DNA of 64,000 nucleotides, taken from positions 16,793-80,792 of the forward strand of contig CANLTW010000005.1 in NCBI GenBank assembly GCA_947494155.1, in the 5' to 3' direction. Positions 50,358 through 59,937 of the stretch are shown here, piece by piece. Origin of the DNA: Chlamydiota bacterium. Lineage in GTDB: Bacteria; Chlamydiota; Chlamydiia; Chlamydiales; RGXB01. Every line of letters begins with the position of its first letter. Position 1 is the first letter of the stretch. Below the pieces are notes generated by a model. That model ran no database searches and was not told where the DNA came from. It was given only the letters and a program-made list of their open reading frames with translations. Both the position numbers and the translations under genes were made by a program.

Positions 50358-51041
50358 TTGGTATGCTTTCAGGCCATCTCTATGAATGAAATGATTTTTG
50401 TTTTACACCTTTTGACCCTAGCCCTTCTGGGTCTTGTAGCTCTAAGACTTGGAAAGGAGACTCTGATCGCTTTTTCGGCTTTGCAAGCAATTTTGGCAAA
50501 TCTTTTCATCCAAAAACAGACCTTTCTTTTCGGCCTTGAGGTCACCTGTACCGACGCTTATGCCATTTTAAGCCTTTTTTCCCTCAATCTTGTGCAGGAG
50601 TATTTTGGAAAAGAGGCCGCAAAAAAGGTGATAAAAATAAATTTCTTTTTACTTCTCACTTTTGCCCTAATGGCTAAACTCCATCTGGCCTATTCCCCCT
50701 CGCTGCACGACGAATCGCACAACGCCTTTTTCACCATACTCAACAACTCTCCCAGAACTCTTCTCGCCTCCTTTTCGGTCTTTTTTTTGGTTCAAAAACT
50801 GGATGTAAGGTTTTTTTCCAAAATCCGTGCCCATTTTTTCCCCAACTCGCTCCCTATTTCGATCTTCTCCTCCCTGCTTATTTCGCAAACGATCGATACC
50901 GTCCTGTTTACCTTCTTAGCTCTTTGGGGAATAGCCGGTTCTATTGGGGAGGTGATCCTTTTGAGCTTAATTGTAAAATACGTGGTGATCCTCTTCATGA
51001 GCCCTTTCGCCAAATTGACTAAACGACTGGTGCCGGTATGA
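50358..51041 (+). CDS. yhhQ: Queuosine precursor transporter (YhhQ/VUT family)
   Basis: ILANLF, QEYFGKEAA, SQTIDTVLF; overlaps tgt. Confidence 0.85.
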   Translation: MVCFQAISMNEMIFVLHLLTLALLGLVALRLGKETLIAFSALQAILANLFIQKQTFLFGLEVTCTDAYAILSLFSLNLVQEYFGKEAAKKVIKINFFLLLTFALMAKLHLAYSPSLHDESHNAFFTILNNSPRTLLASFSVFFLVQKLDVRFFSKIRAHFFPNSLPISIFSSLLISQTIDTVLFTFLALWGIAGSIGEVILLSLIVKYVVILFMSPFAKLTKRLVPV

Positions 51042-52180
51042 CGACTCTTACAAATACTTTCTCTTTTGAGATTCTTCACCAATCTAAAAAATCGGCTGCA
51101 CGAGTCGGGAAAATCACGACACCCCACGGCTCTTTTTTGACCCCGGCTTTTGTAGGTGTGGGTACAAACGGCGCCCTTAAATCACTTGGGCATGATGAGG
51201 CTATGGAGAGCGGTTTGGATCTCATGTTTGCAAACACTTACCATTTAATGGTCCAGCCTGGTGAAGATACGATTGAAAAAATGGGGGGGATACACCGCTT
51301 TTCTGGCAGAAACAGACCTATCATCACCGACTCTGGCGGTTTTCAAGTGTTTAGCTTAGCTTACGGCTCGGTTGCTCAAGAACTCAAAAGCCAAGGGACA
51401 AAAAAGCATGCCAATAGCGTGCTGAAAATCAATGAGGACGGCGTCACTTTCCGCTCCTACCGTGACGGAAAAACCATCTTGCTTACGCCTGAAACCTCCA
51501 TAGGAGCACAAAAGAAAATCGGTGCCGATATCATGATCTCTTTTGACGAATTGCCCCCGTATCATATTGCAGAAAAAGCGCTTAAGTCCTCCTTTGAAAG
51601 GACCCATAGATGGGAAAAGCGCTCATTGGAGCACCACAAAAACAACCCGACCAATCAGGCGCTATACTCTGTAGTCCATGGGGGAATCATTCCTGAGTTG
51701 AGGAAAAAAAGCTGTAGCATATTGTCACAAATGGATTTCGACGGGCATGCCGTTGGGGGAAGCTTGGGGAAAAATCGGGACGAGATGGTAGAAATGCTTC
51801 AGTATACGCTACCCTGTTTACCTAAAGAGAAGCCGGTGCACCTTTTGGGGATTGCCGACCTCCCCTCTTTATATTCCTCGATTCCCCTAGGCATCGATAG
51901 TTTCGATAGCTCCTACCCGACGAAAGCGGCCAGACACGGGACACTCCTCACCGACAACGGCACCTTGAGGATTGTCTCGGGGGCCTATAAAGAGGATGCG
52001 CGTCCCATCGAAGAGGGTTGCCTTTGCCGCGCCTGCAGAACCACAAGCCGCTCTTTTCTACACCATCTGTTCAAAGCGAACGAGCTTCTGGGGCTCTCCC
52101 TTGCCAGCTCCCATAACCTCCATTATATGGTACGCTTTATGGAAAGGGTGAGACAAAAAATTCTTTTAGATGAGATGTAA
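51038..52180 (+). CDS. tgt: tRNA-guanine transglycosylase, chlamydial type
   Basis: ANTYHL, TDSGGFQVFSL, VVHGG, GGSLG, DSFDS, CLCRAC..HN zinc site. Confidence 0.96.
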   Translation: MTTLTNTFSFEILHQSKKSAARVGKITTPHGSFLTPAFVGVGTNGALKSLGHDEAMESGLDLMFANTYHLMVQPGEDTIEKMGGIHRFSGRNRPIITDSGGFQVFSLAYGSVAQELKSQGTKKHANSVLKINEDGVTFRSYRDGKTILLTPETSIGAQKKIGADIMISFDELPPYHIAEKALKSSFERTHRWEKRSLEHHKNNPTNQALYSVVHGGIIPELRKKSCSILSQMDFDGHAVGGSLGKNRDEMVEMLQYTLPCLPKEKPVHLLGIADLPSLYSSIPLGIDSFDSSYPTKAARHGTLLTDNGTLRIVSGAYKEDARPIEEGCLCRACRTTSRSFLHHLFKANELLGLSLASSHNLHYMVRFMERVRQKILLDEM

Positions 52181-52275
52181 AAATTGTGTGGCCCTTGGGG
52201 TAAATTTCGGTTGAAAAGCCGTTTCTAAAAACGAAAAACTACCCTTTTAACCTGTTTTTGGAGTAACCTATATCC

Positions 52276-53205
52276 ATGATGATTTGGATAATTCCTTTGC
52301 TTTATGGGATCTGGTCTTTAGCCTTCCCGATCGGGAAAACACTGGTCTTTTACGCTGACCCTATTTTCACTGTTGCAATAAGGATGCTTCTAGCCTCTCT
52401 TATTTTACTGGGGTGGCTTTACATCAAAAATTCCAACTCTATCAAAATATCTTTTAAAGAGGCCCTCTCCACCTTTATCCTCTCCCTATTCAGCATCTAT
52501 TTTTGTAATATTTTCGAATACTGGGGGCTCAAATACCTCTCCTCAGCAAAAACCTGCTTTATCTACAGCATGTCCCCCTTTTTTACGGCCCTTCTCTCCT
52601 ATATCCATTTTAAAGAGAGAATGACCTGGACCAAATGGCTTGGGATGTGCGTGGGATTTTTAGGGTTTCTTCCGGTATTGGCTCTGCAAGAGGGTTCTGA
52701 GGATCTTTTGAAAATTAACACCTTTTTTTCCTGGCCCTCCCTCTCGGTAATTTTTGCCTCCTTTTGTGGCGTCTACGGCTGGATTCTGTTACGTTTGATG
52801 GTCAAAGATCAACAGATGAATCCGGTCAAAGTGAATGCTTTCAGCATGCTTTTTGGAGGGGCATTGGCTTTTATTACCTCTTTTATTATAGAAACTAGCC
52901 CTCTGACACAAATGTATCAGCTGGATGCGCCCCCCTATTTTGGGTGGTTGGCACTGATCATTTTTATCTCGAACATCGTTTGCTTTAACCTCTACGGCTT
53001 TTTGCTGAAAAAGTTTTCTGCGACCCTTTTATCGTTTTTTGGCCTTTTGAGCCCCCTGTTCACCTCGTTAAATGCCTACCTGTTTTTCAATGAGCCATTC
53101 CATCCGATCATCCTTTTGAGTACAGTGCTAGTCTCGTTTGGGTTGTTCATTGTGTATCGGATTGAATTACAGCAGGGTTATGTTCGTAGCTCTAGTAGCG
53201 ATTAG
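52276..53205 (+). CDS. DMT/EamA family transporter
   Basis: About 10 TM segments, SSAKTCFIYSMSPFF, SFFGLLSPLF. Confidence 0.85.
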   Translation: MMIWIIPLLYGIWSLAFPIGKTLVFYADPIFTVAIRMLLASLILLGWLYIKNSNSIKISFKEALSTFILSLFSIYFCNIFEYWGLKYLSSAKTCFIYSMSPFFTALLSYIHFKERMTWTKWLGMCVGFLGFLPVLALQEGSEDLLKINTFFSWPSLSVIFASFCGVYGWILLRLMVKDQQMNPVKVNAFSMLFGGALAFITSFIIETSPLTQMYQLDAPPYFGWLALIIFISNIVCFNLYGFLLKKFSATLLSFFGLLSPLFTSLNAYLFFNEPFHPIILLSTVLVSFGLFIVYRIELQQGYVRSSSSD

Positions 53206-53223
53206 TAGTACTGTTTTTAACCG

Positions 53224-53985
53224 ATGGGACGCTATCTTGGACAACATTTTCTCAAAAATAAAAGCGTAATCGAGCACGCCGTTCAGGCCATCACCCCCCA
53301 ACCAAACGGAATTTTAGAGGTTGGCCCGGGAGCGATGGCTCTTACTAATCTACTTATAGAGTCGTTTACCCCTCTAATTTTGGTAGAGAGGGATCCAAAA
53401 CTTATTCAACCTATCCGAGACAAAATTGCTCCTTTCACCCATATTAGTTTAGTCCACCAGGATGTACTTGAGTATGATTTTCAGTCGGCCTACGAACAGT
53501 TTCAGGGTCCGTTTGGTTTAATCAGCAACCTCCCTTATCTCATCAGCACCCCATTTTTAGAGAGACTTTTACCGATAAGCGGTCTATTCACAAAAGTCTA
53601 TTTGATGCTTCAAAAGGAGGTTGTAGAGAAGGTTTTAGCCCCATCGGGTCCGAAAAGCACAAGACTTTCTCATCTTTTACGCCTCTTTTACACTGTAGAA
53701 AGCGGGCCTATTGTCCCACCAAACGCCTTTGCCCCCCCTCCAAAAGTCGACTCCCAATTCCTTCAGCTTACCCCTATTGCACCCCATATCTCGGTTGAAG
53801 AGCTCACCCTATTTAAAAAATTTCTACAGCAGGGGTATAACCACCGGAATCACACACTCTCCTGGTTTTTAAAGAAATTTTTGATCGATTCTCCCCCCTT
53901 GTCTAACCAAAAGTTGGAGGATCTTTCCACTTTTGACTGGTGTAAGATATTTAGGTACAACCTCAAGACGAAAGTATACTCTTGA
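53224..53985 (+). CDS. rsmA: 16S rRNA dimethyladenosine methyltransferase
   Basis: LGQHFL, LEVGPG, SNLPYLIST, MLQKEV, FAPPPKVDS. Confidence 0.95.
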   Translation: MGRYLGQHFLKNKSVIEHAVQAITPQPNGILEVGPGAMALTNLLIESFTPLILVERDPKLIQPIRDKIAPFTHISLVHQDVLEYDFQSAYEQFQGPFGLISNLPYLISTPFLERLLPISGLFTKVYLMLQKEVVEKVLAPSGPKSTRLSHLLRLFYTVESGPIVPPNAFAPPPKVDSQFLQLTPIAPHISVEELTLFKKFLQQGYNHRNHTLSWFLKKFLIDSPPLSNQKLEDLSTFDWCKIFRYNLKTKVYS

Positions 53986-54332
53986 AAAAACTATCTTTAA
54001 TACTACCGCTACCCCAAAAAGCCCCTTTGGCTTTCCCCCCACCCCTAGAGGGATATAGCCCCTAGGGTCAAGCTATTACAAAACCTCAAAAATAGGGTAT
54101 TTTTCTAGAAAAACACTTAAATTCGAGGACCCCTAGTTCGTTTAATCAGCCCTTTTTCCTAAAACTTTTTCCCCTCTTTTATCCCTCAAATTGACTAGAA
54201 AAGCAACCGACCTAAAAAAAGTTGTTTTTCTATCCCCTTTAAAAAGAGTTCTATAGGTTTTTTTGTAAAAATTTATATAAATAAAATATTAATAATAATA
54301 TATAATCAATCTCTTCAACAAGGAGAAATAAT

Positions 54333-55166
54333 ATGACAGTATCTAATATCCAAAGTGTGGCAACAACTCAAGCAACTATCCAATCTAATAGAAAGGTTTG
54401 GAGTATAATAGTTGATGTTGCTCTATCGGCCCTTAAAAAAATTAAGGAAGCATTTGCTGCTTGTATGGATGCATTTGTTGCTTTTAAAGCAAAAGTGACG
54501 GGCTTACTTAGACCGGCCCACAACCAACAGCTATCAGAAGCACCAGTCAGCTCAATTAATACTCAAACCTCAAACCTAGATGAAAGAGCTGCAGTGGGAC
54601 CCATAAATCGTAAACGAGCGAATTCTTTTAGTGCCATAACTTCAAATTCCCCTACTCAAAGACCCCAATTGAGACGATCGCTTTCTGAAGGTAACCTACG
54701 AGATGCAACGGTCAGCTCAATTAATCCTCCAACATTAATCCCCAATAGACACGCTGCTGCAACAATAATTCAAAAAAATTTTAGAGTCCATAGATCAAGA
54801 GTTGCAAATCCAGTAAAAAGCGAAAATGCATCTTTGGCACCAGTGAAAGCTGCAGTAATCCCCGAAAATACTGTCAACCAAAGCAAAAACTTGAAGTATG
54901 GCACTGCTGCACTCGCAGTAGTTGCTGCTGCAACTGGCGCGGTGCTCCTAAAACAAAATCCTGAAGCATTAAATCAAATACTGAAAGATAGCAAAGTTCT
55001 GGCTGGATTAGCTTTAGAAACAGGTACTCGCCTATCGGATACAGTTGTTGATGGTGTCTTTTCTGGAGTTAAAGTCGCTGGGGAGGTCGCTAGGAAGATA
55101 GTGGCGGAAAATTTCCCTAACATTCAACCTATTAAAGGTGGTTTCGCTTATAATTTTAGATCGTAG
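54333..55166 (+). CDS. Putative secreted effector: low-complexity region, IQ-like motif, hydrophobic anchor
   Basis: RBS aaggag; S/T-rich N-terminus; AAATIIQKNFRVHRSR; TM TAALAVVAAATGAVLL. Confidence 0.7.
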   Translation: MTVSNIQSVATTQATIQSNRKVWSIIVDVALSALKKIKEAFAACMDAFVAFKAKVTGLLRPAHNQQLSEAPVSSINTQTSNLDERAAVGPINRKRANSFSAITSNSPTQRPQLRRSLSEGNLRDATVSSINPPTLIPNRHAAATIIQKNFRVHRSRVANPVKSENASLAPVKAAVIPENTVNQSKNLKYGTAALAVVAAATGAVLLKQNPEALNQILKDSKVLAGLALETGTRLSDTVVDGVFSGVKVAGEVARKIVAENFPNIQPIKGGFAYNFRS

Positions 55167-55185
55167 CAGTCGGTAAATTTCACGC

Positions 55186-55213
55186 AAAAGCCCTGCTAAA
55201 AGTAGGGCTTTTT
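55186..55213 (+). terminator. Rho-independent terminator
   Basis: aaaagccctgct-aaa-agtagggcttttt. Confidence 0.8.
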
Positions 55214-55521
55214 ATTGATTAAAGTCAAATTAGCGTGACTTTTAGAAAAAAATATACTAATTAACCTCCTGCAAAAAAGATAAATCCCCACCACAGGGGG
55301 TATCTTTTAAAAAGTTTTTAGCGACCTTCTATTTTAAAGCCCTACCCCCCCTTTAACCTTGAGGTGTTTTAACTCCCTGCTTTTCAAACTGTTACCTTTT
55401 ACGGCACAACAATCGAACCCCTGAGACCCCCAATTTGGGGGCCTCTTTTTTTTACCTTTTTTCCATTAAATAAACAAAACCCATTCACCCTAAACCGTTT
55501 GTTACATTTTAAAAGTTTTTT

Positions 55522-55550
55522 TTGATAAATATATTTATTTATAGTATACT
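55522..55550 (+). promoter_or_regulatory. Sigma70/sigma66-type promoter
   Basis: ttgata-N17-tatact upstream of ATG 55584. Confidence 0.55.
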
Positions 55551-55583
55551 TTTAATTGTAATCAAAACTAATAGGGGTTCAAT

Positions 55584-56033
55584 ATGTCAGTTTCAAGTTT
55601 ACAAGCTCACATAACAAAATTAAATACACAAATAGGTTCATTAAAAGAGGATCTAGCCGCACAAGAACTATTAACTGCTTCACTAAAGAATTGTTTAGAA
55701 CATAATGAAGTACATGATATTGTAACATCTATAGTATCACAAGTAGTATCACAAGAAGTGGAAACTACTCTGAATCAGCAAGTTACGGATCTTACCGCTG
55801 AAAAAGCCTCTCTGGGTGATCAAGTTAAGGATCTTACCGCTGAAAAAGCCTCTCTGGGTGATCAAGTTAAGAATCTTACCGCTGAAAAAGCCTCTCTTGC
55901 AACTACAAATAGTCGCCTAAAAGCTGCACTTGTCACTGTTGCTCTCGTTGCTGGTGGTGTTATTGCGGTTGTAAAAAATCCCGGTGCCGTTAACTCAACG
56001 CTTGACTCCCTAAAAGCTTTAGTCAAGCGTTAA
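55584..56033 (+). CDS. Coiled-coil protein with near-C-terminal TM segment
   Basis: Heptad repeats, TM AALVTVALVAGGVIAVV. Confidence 0.75.
   Translation: MSVSSLQAHITKLNTQIGSLKEDLAAQELLTASLKNCLEHNEVHDIVTSIVSQVVSQEVETTLNQQVTDLTAEKASLGDQVKDLTAEKASLGDQVKNLTAEKASLATTNSRLKAALVTVALVAGGVIAVVKNPGAVNSTLDSLKALVKR
55779..55897. repeat. 42-bp coding tandem repeat, about 2.8 copies (QVxDLTAEKASLGD)
   Basis: caagtta..atcttaccgctgaaaaagcctctct at 55779, 55821 and 55863. Confidence 0.95.
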
Positions 56034-56066
56034 GCTTTATTCATCCTAGACGAGTGACTATCTTTT

Positions 56067-56091
56067 AAAACCCTGCCAAAAGCAGGGTTTT
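56067..56091 (+). terminator. Rho-independent terminator
   Basis: aaaaccctgc-caaaa-gcagggtttt, near-identical to the hairpin at 55186. Confidence 0.75.
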
Positions 56092-56153
56092 ATGGATCGT
56101 AAATCAAAAAAAAATCGCAACAACCATAACTTTCTCACATAGCAGGGGTTCAT

Positions 56154-56678
56154 ATGCATAAAATAGGCGCCTTTTTTTCACCATCCAATCGATCAGTGGA
56201 ACCTGATCCGGTGCATGAGCTTCTAACCCTTAATCGTGAATTACAGAGCCAGATTAGAGAACTATCAGCAACCAATAACTTACAAAGCTGTAGTATCTTG
56301 AAATTGAACGCTAAAATTGAAAAAAATCAAATGTTAGTTCAGTCGCAAAAGGCTCAATTAGAGGATTTGGAAACAAAAAACAGTGAATTAGCAAACCTAA
56401 ACGACGACCTTCAAAAGCGTAATCTCGAATCTGAAAATGAAATCTTCCGCCTATTTGATCAAACGGTTCCAAGAGCAGCAGCTGTTAGTGAGGTATTAGG
56501 TTCTTTAGTAGATTCTGCAATGGATATTGCAGAGCGCAAAACAAATGATGAGCATCTAAAGACCAAAGTCCAAACGCTTGAAGCCGATCTAACCCGCATA
56601 AAAAATCAACGTAATGTATTAGTGGTAACGCTCACGGCCTTAGTGGCCGGTTCTGTGCTTTTTTGTTTAAAAAAATAA
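56154..56678 (+). CDS. Coiled-coil tail-anchored protein
   Basis: Heptads, C-terminal RNVLVVTLTALVAGSVLFCLKK*. Confidence 0.75.
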   Translation: MHKIGAFFSPSNRSVEPDPVHELLTLNRELQSQIRELSATNNLQSCSILKLNAKIEKNQMLVQSQKAQLEDLETKNSELANLNDDLQKRNLESENEIFRLFDQTVPRAAAVSEVLGSLVDSAMDIAERKTNDEHLKTKVQTLEADLTRIKNQRNVLVVTLTALVAGSVLFCLKK

Positions 56679-56906
56679 CCACTAAGCCTTTAAATCCCAA
56701 GCAATTCCGCTTTAAATAGCTGATAACAAGTGTTATTTGAAAAAAGTTCCTTATAACTTTTTTGCTCTTTTAGTCTTATTTTCCCAAATTATCCTTATAG
56801 CCTAGTATAAAGCTAAATTCTGCAAAGTTGTAACTGCAACCTCTTGTTAACCTACACAGTCTTAGAGAGAAAAGCGCGAGAATAGATAAAAATGCAAGTT
56901 TTTTTA

Positions 56907-56935
56907 TAGACAAATAAATATTTTAACCCTATAAT
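56907..56935 (+). promoter_or_regulatory. Sigma70/sigma66-type promoter
   Basis: tagaca-N17-tataat upstream of ATG 56957. Confidence 0.55.
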
Positions 56936-56956
56936 AGGAATTTGGGGGGATAAAAC

Positions 56957-57454
56957 ATGTCTCATATTACTAATAATAGAAATGTACCCGCAATGGTACA
57001 AAACGAAAATCCTAAAGGTATAGATTCACAAGAAAACAAAGTCCAAGGTTTGGCAAAAGAGCTTTTCGGCATGTTACAAACGGAAGGCGGGGCAGAAGAA
57101 CTCGCAAATTTCTTTTTGAATGCGAAAACCGACTTAATCAATCAGAACTTAGAAATTGCTACGCTTAGAGCTGCTAATACCGGTTTAAAACTGAAAGGCA
57201 CCAGTAGTGAAGTTCAATTAGATATCGCAAAGACTGAAATCGGTAATTTAAAGGAACGTGTAACCTATCTGACTGGTAGGCTCAAAGAAGTTAAAACTGA
57301 TCTGTCTGGTAGGCTCAAAGAAGCTAAAATAGGGGAGTTGGAACGTTCGCTATCAAATGCACAAAAACAAAACTTAGTCTTGAAAAGGTTGATTTTTGGA
57401 GTCGCTGCAGTTGCTGGCGGATTCTTTGCCTATTTAGGTGTGAAAAGGGCTTAA
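56957..57454 (+). CDS. Coiled-coil tail-anchored protein
   Basis: Heptads, 33-bp internal duplication at 57269/57302, C-terminal KRLIFGVAAVAGGFFAYLGVKRA*. Confidence 0.75.
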   Translation: MSHITNNRNVPAMVQNENPKGIDSQENKVQGLAKELFGMLQTEGGAEELANFFLNAKTDLINQNLEIATLRAANTGLKLKGTSSEVQLDIAKTEIGNLKERVTYLTGRLKEVKTDLSGRLKEAKIGELERSLSNAQKQNLVLKRLIFGVAAVAGGFFAYLGVKRA

Positions 57455-57486
57455 ACATTCTCGCCCTTTCTAACCTTTTTTTCAAC

Positions 57487-57516
57487 AAAAGGCCCTGTTT
57501 GTGACGGGGCTTTTTT
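57487..57516 (+). terminator. Rho-independent terminator
   Basis: ggccctgt-ttgtg-acggggc followed by tttttt. Confidence 0.7.
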
Positions 57517-57591
57517 ATTCCCTTCAATGGTCATCCCTTATTTTTTATTTCTATCTTGAAAGGAAAGAGGAAAAGGATCATTTTATTTTGC

Positions 57592-58908
57592 ATGAGTGCA
57601 ATTGTTTGGTTTCGTCAAGATCTTCGTCTAGAAGACCATTATCCCCTTCTTTCGGCGATAAAATTGGGGCGCCCTTTAGTCCTCGTTTACATTTTGGATA
57701 AGACAAAACACTGGTCTATAGGACGTGCTGCCCAATGGTGGCTAGAGCAGTCCCTAAAAGTGTTTCAGGAGTCGATCGAAGAAAAGGGTGGATGCCTCCA
57801 TTTTTTCCATGGGGACACGGAACAAATCATGGAAAAACTGGTTCAAAAACATAAAGCTGAAGCGGTCTACTACGGCGCGAATTACGAGCCCGACGAGCGG
57901 AAAATAGAGCAAAAAATGGAGGCTCTATGTAAGAGGTTGGGTATCGAAACCCACCGCTTTCACCATAACCTGCTGTATAATCCAGAGCTTATTCTTACAA
58001 AAGAGGGGAAACCCTATCAGGTCTACACCCCATTTTGGAACAGAACGCAGCAATTCTCCCAGCCGGAAAACCCTTTACCTGCTCCCCGATCCCTTGAAAA
58101 TTGCCTTAAAGGGGCCTCTGAGCCTCTCTCTAAGCTTCACCTTCAACAAACATGGGATCTTCACCTCATCCCCTCATTGTGGGAGCCGGGGGAAAAGGGG
58201 GCGAAAAAACGCCTTCGGATGTTTGTAGATAGAGGGAGAGTCGAAAATTACGCCCATGATCGGAACTACCCTGCAATTGAAGGGAGTTCTAAACTCTCCC
58301 CCCACCTCCACCTTGGTGAGATCAGTCCAAGGACTGCCTGGCATGCAACTGGGGCCTCGTTAATCTATAGAAAAGAGCTTGTTTGGAGGGAATTTGCAAA
58401 ACACCTTTTATTTCACTTCCCCCATACTACCGATAATCCGCTAAAACCCGAATTCGATGCCTTCCCCTGGCAAAAAAATGCCAAGCTTCTCCATGCCTGG
58501 CAAAAAGGGGAAACGGGCTTTCCGATCGTAGACGCGGGAATGCGAGAGCTTTGGCATACCGGCTGGATGCACAATCGGGTGAGGATGATCGTCGGCTCTT
58601 TTTTAATCAAAGATCTGAGAATCCATTGGTTGGAAGGGGCAAAATGGTTCTGGGACTGCCTTGTGGATGCAGATCTCGCCTCCAATACTCTTGGATGGCA
58701 GTGGGTGGGGGGCTGTGGTGCTGATGCGGCACCTTTTTTCCGCATCTTTCATCCCGATCTGCAGGAGGCAAAATTTGACCCCACCCATGAGTATATAAAA
58801 AAATGGATTAAAGAGCCCTTACCCCGAATCGTCGATCATAAAGAGGCTAGAGAAGAGGCGCTAAAAGCCTACCATTCGATAGTTGCCCACAAAAAATCTG
58901 GCAAGTAA
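57592..58908 (+). CDS. phrB: CPD DNA photolyase (likely start at ATG 57592)
   Basis: WFRQDLRLED, SKLSPHLHLGEIS, TGFPIVDAGMREL, WMHNRVRM, DADLASNTLGWQW. Confidence 0.95.
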   Translation: MSAIVWFRQDLRLEDHYPLLSAIKLGRPLVLVYILDKTKHWSIGRAAQWWLEQSLKVFQESIEEKGGCLHFFHGDTEQIMEKLVQKHKAEAVYYGANYEPDERKIEQKMEALCKRLGIETHRFHHNLLYNPELILTKEGKPYQVYTPFWNRTQQFSQPENPLPAPRSLENCLKGASEPLSKLHLQQTWDLHLIPSLWEPGEKGAKKRLRMFVDRGRVENYAHDRNYPAIEGSSKLSPHLHLGEISPRTAWHATGASLIYRKELVWREFAKHLLFHFPHTTDNPLKPEFDAFPWQKNAKLLHAWQKGETGFPIVDAGMRELWHTGWMHNRVRMIVGSFLIKDLRIHWLEGAKWFWDCLVDADLASNTLGWQWVGGCGADAAPFFRIFHPDLQEAKFDPTHEYIKKWIKEPLPRIVDHKEAREEALKAYHSIVAHKKSGK

Positions 58909-58935
58909 CCCTTTTTTGATCCTATAAAGGCCTTC

Positions 58936-59937
58936 TCAGTGATGCCTTAAATAGAAGTAGTTTTTTTGAGAAACTGCAGGGACAAAGTGGAACCCCAAGA
59001 GATTCGCTGTAGGGCTGATCTGTTTTGCAAAATAGATCTCTTTAAGGGCAGTTAAAACAAATTCCTCGGGCAACCCCGAGACAAAAGGGGTTCCTATTTT
59101 TACAAGCTCCCGGTGATCGTCCAGAAAAGCTTGAAACCATTTCAAGTTTGTATCTATCCCAAAAACCGGCATGCGCAGGTGGCGGCATTGCAGCACATCA
59201 ATACCTGTAAATAGCCTGATATCTTGCCTAGTCTGCTCCAGCAAAAATTCGGGCAAAGGGGCAACGTCTTTGTACAAAACCCCTTTTTGACGGATCACAT
59301 CAAATAGAGGTTGGGGATTTTTTAGAGGAAATAGTGACGAATCGAGCCAGAGCAAATAGCGAAATCCCAAATTTCTTGCCTCCTCAAGCATGAACAGTTT
59401 GAAGGCATAAGGGACACCTGTATAAACCAGTTCTGATTGCGTGGGCTGGGGATACCCCCCCAAGCGGTAGTAGACCCACCCTTGAAATCCCACCTCTTTA
59501 AGAGCCTCAATAAGAGTTAAGAGATAGTGGGGATATATCCGATCATAGGAGGAAAAAAGGACAATACAGTCGGAGCCTCCACCATTGATTTCCACAAGCT
59601 TTTTTTGAGGAAATCTCCCCTCTTTTTGATCAATAAGCGTCTGCCAGACCCCCTTATGCAACCGGTTGAAAAAATCATCATACTTGATCACCTTTTGAAA
59701 AAAATTCCTTGTGTTTTTCTGATCTGCATACCTTTCAGACAGAATTTTATCTACTTTGATCAAACGCAAAGCCTCCTGAAAAGCACCAAGCTCCTCATCA
59801 TTTGGCGTACTTGAGAGTCTAAAATCGGCTAAAAAGGGGTTCGAAAACTCTCGAACTTTAACTATATTTTCTTTTTCGGCAAAAGCAGCCTTACAAAAGA
59901 TCAAAAGGAAAACTATTGAAGAGCAAAAATGAAACAT
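58936..59937 (-). CDS. Exported putative glycosyltransferase-fold protein, array member 5
   Basis: Signal peptide; VPYAFKLF, WLDSS, PEE, terminal FYLRHH. Confidence 0.65.
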   Translation of the reverse strand: MFHFCSSIVFLLIFCKAAFAEKENIVKVREFSNPFLADFRLSSTPNDEELGAFQEALRLIKVDKILSERYADQKNTRNFFQKVIKYDDFFNRLHKGVWQTLIDQKEGRFPQKKLVEINGGGSDCIVLFSSYDRIYPHYLLTLIEALKEVGFQGWVYYRLGGYPQPTQSELVYTGVPYAFKLFMLEEARNLGFRYLLWLDSSLFPLKNPQPLFDVIRQKGVLYKDVAPLPEFLLEQTRQDIRLFTGIDVLQCRHLRMPVFGIDTNLKWFQAFLDDHRELVKIGTPFVSGLPEEFVLTALKEIYFAKQISPTANLLGFHFVPAVSQKNYFYLRHH

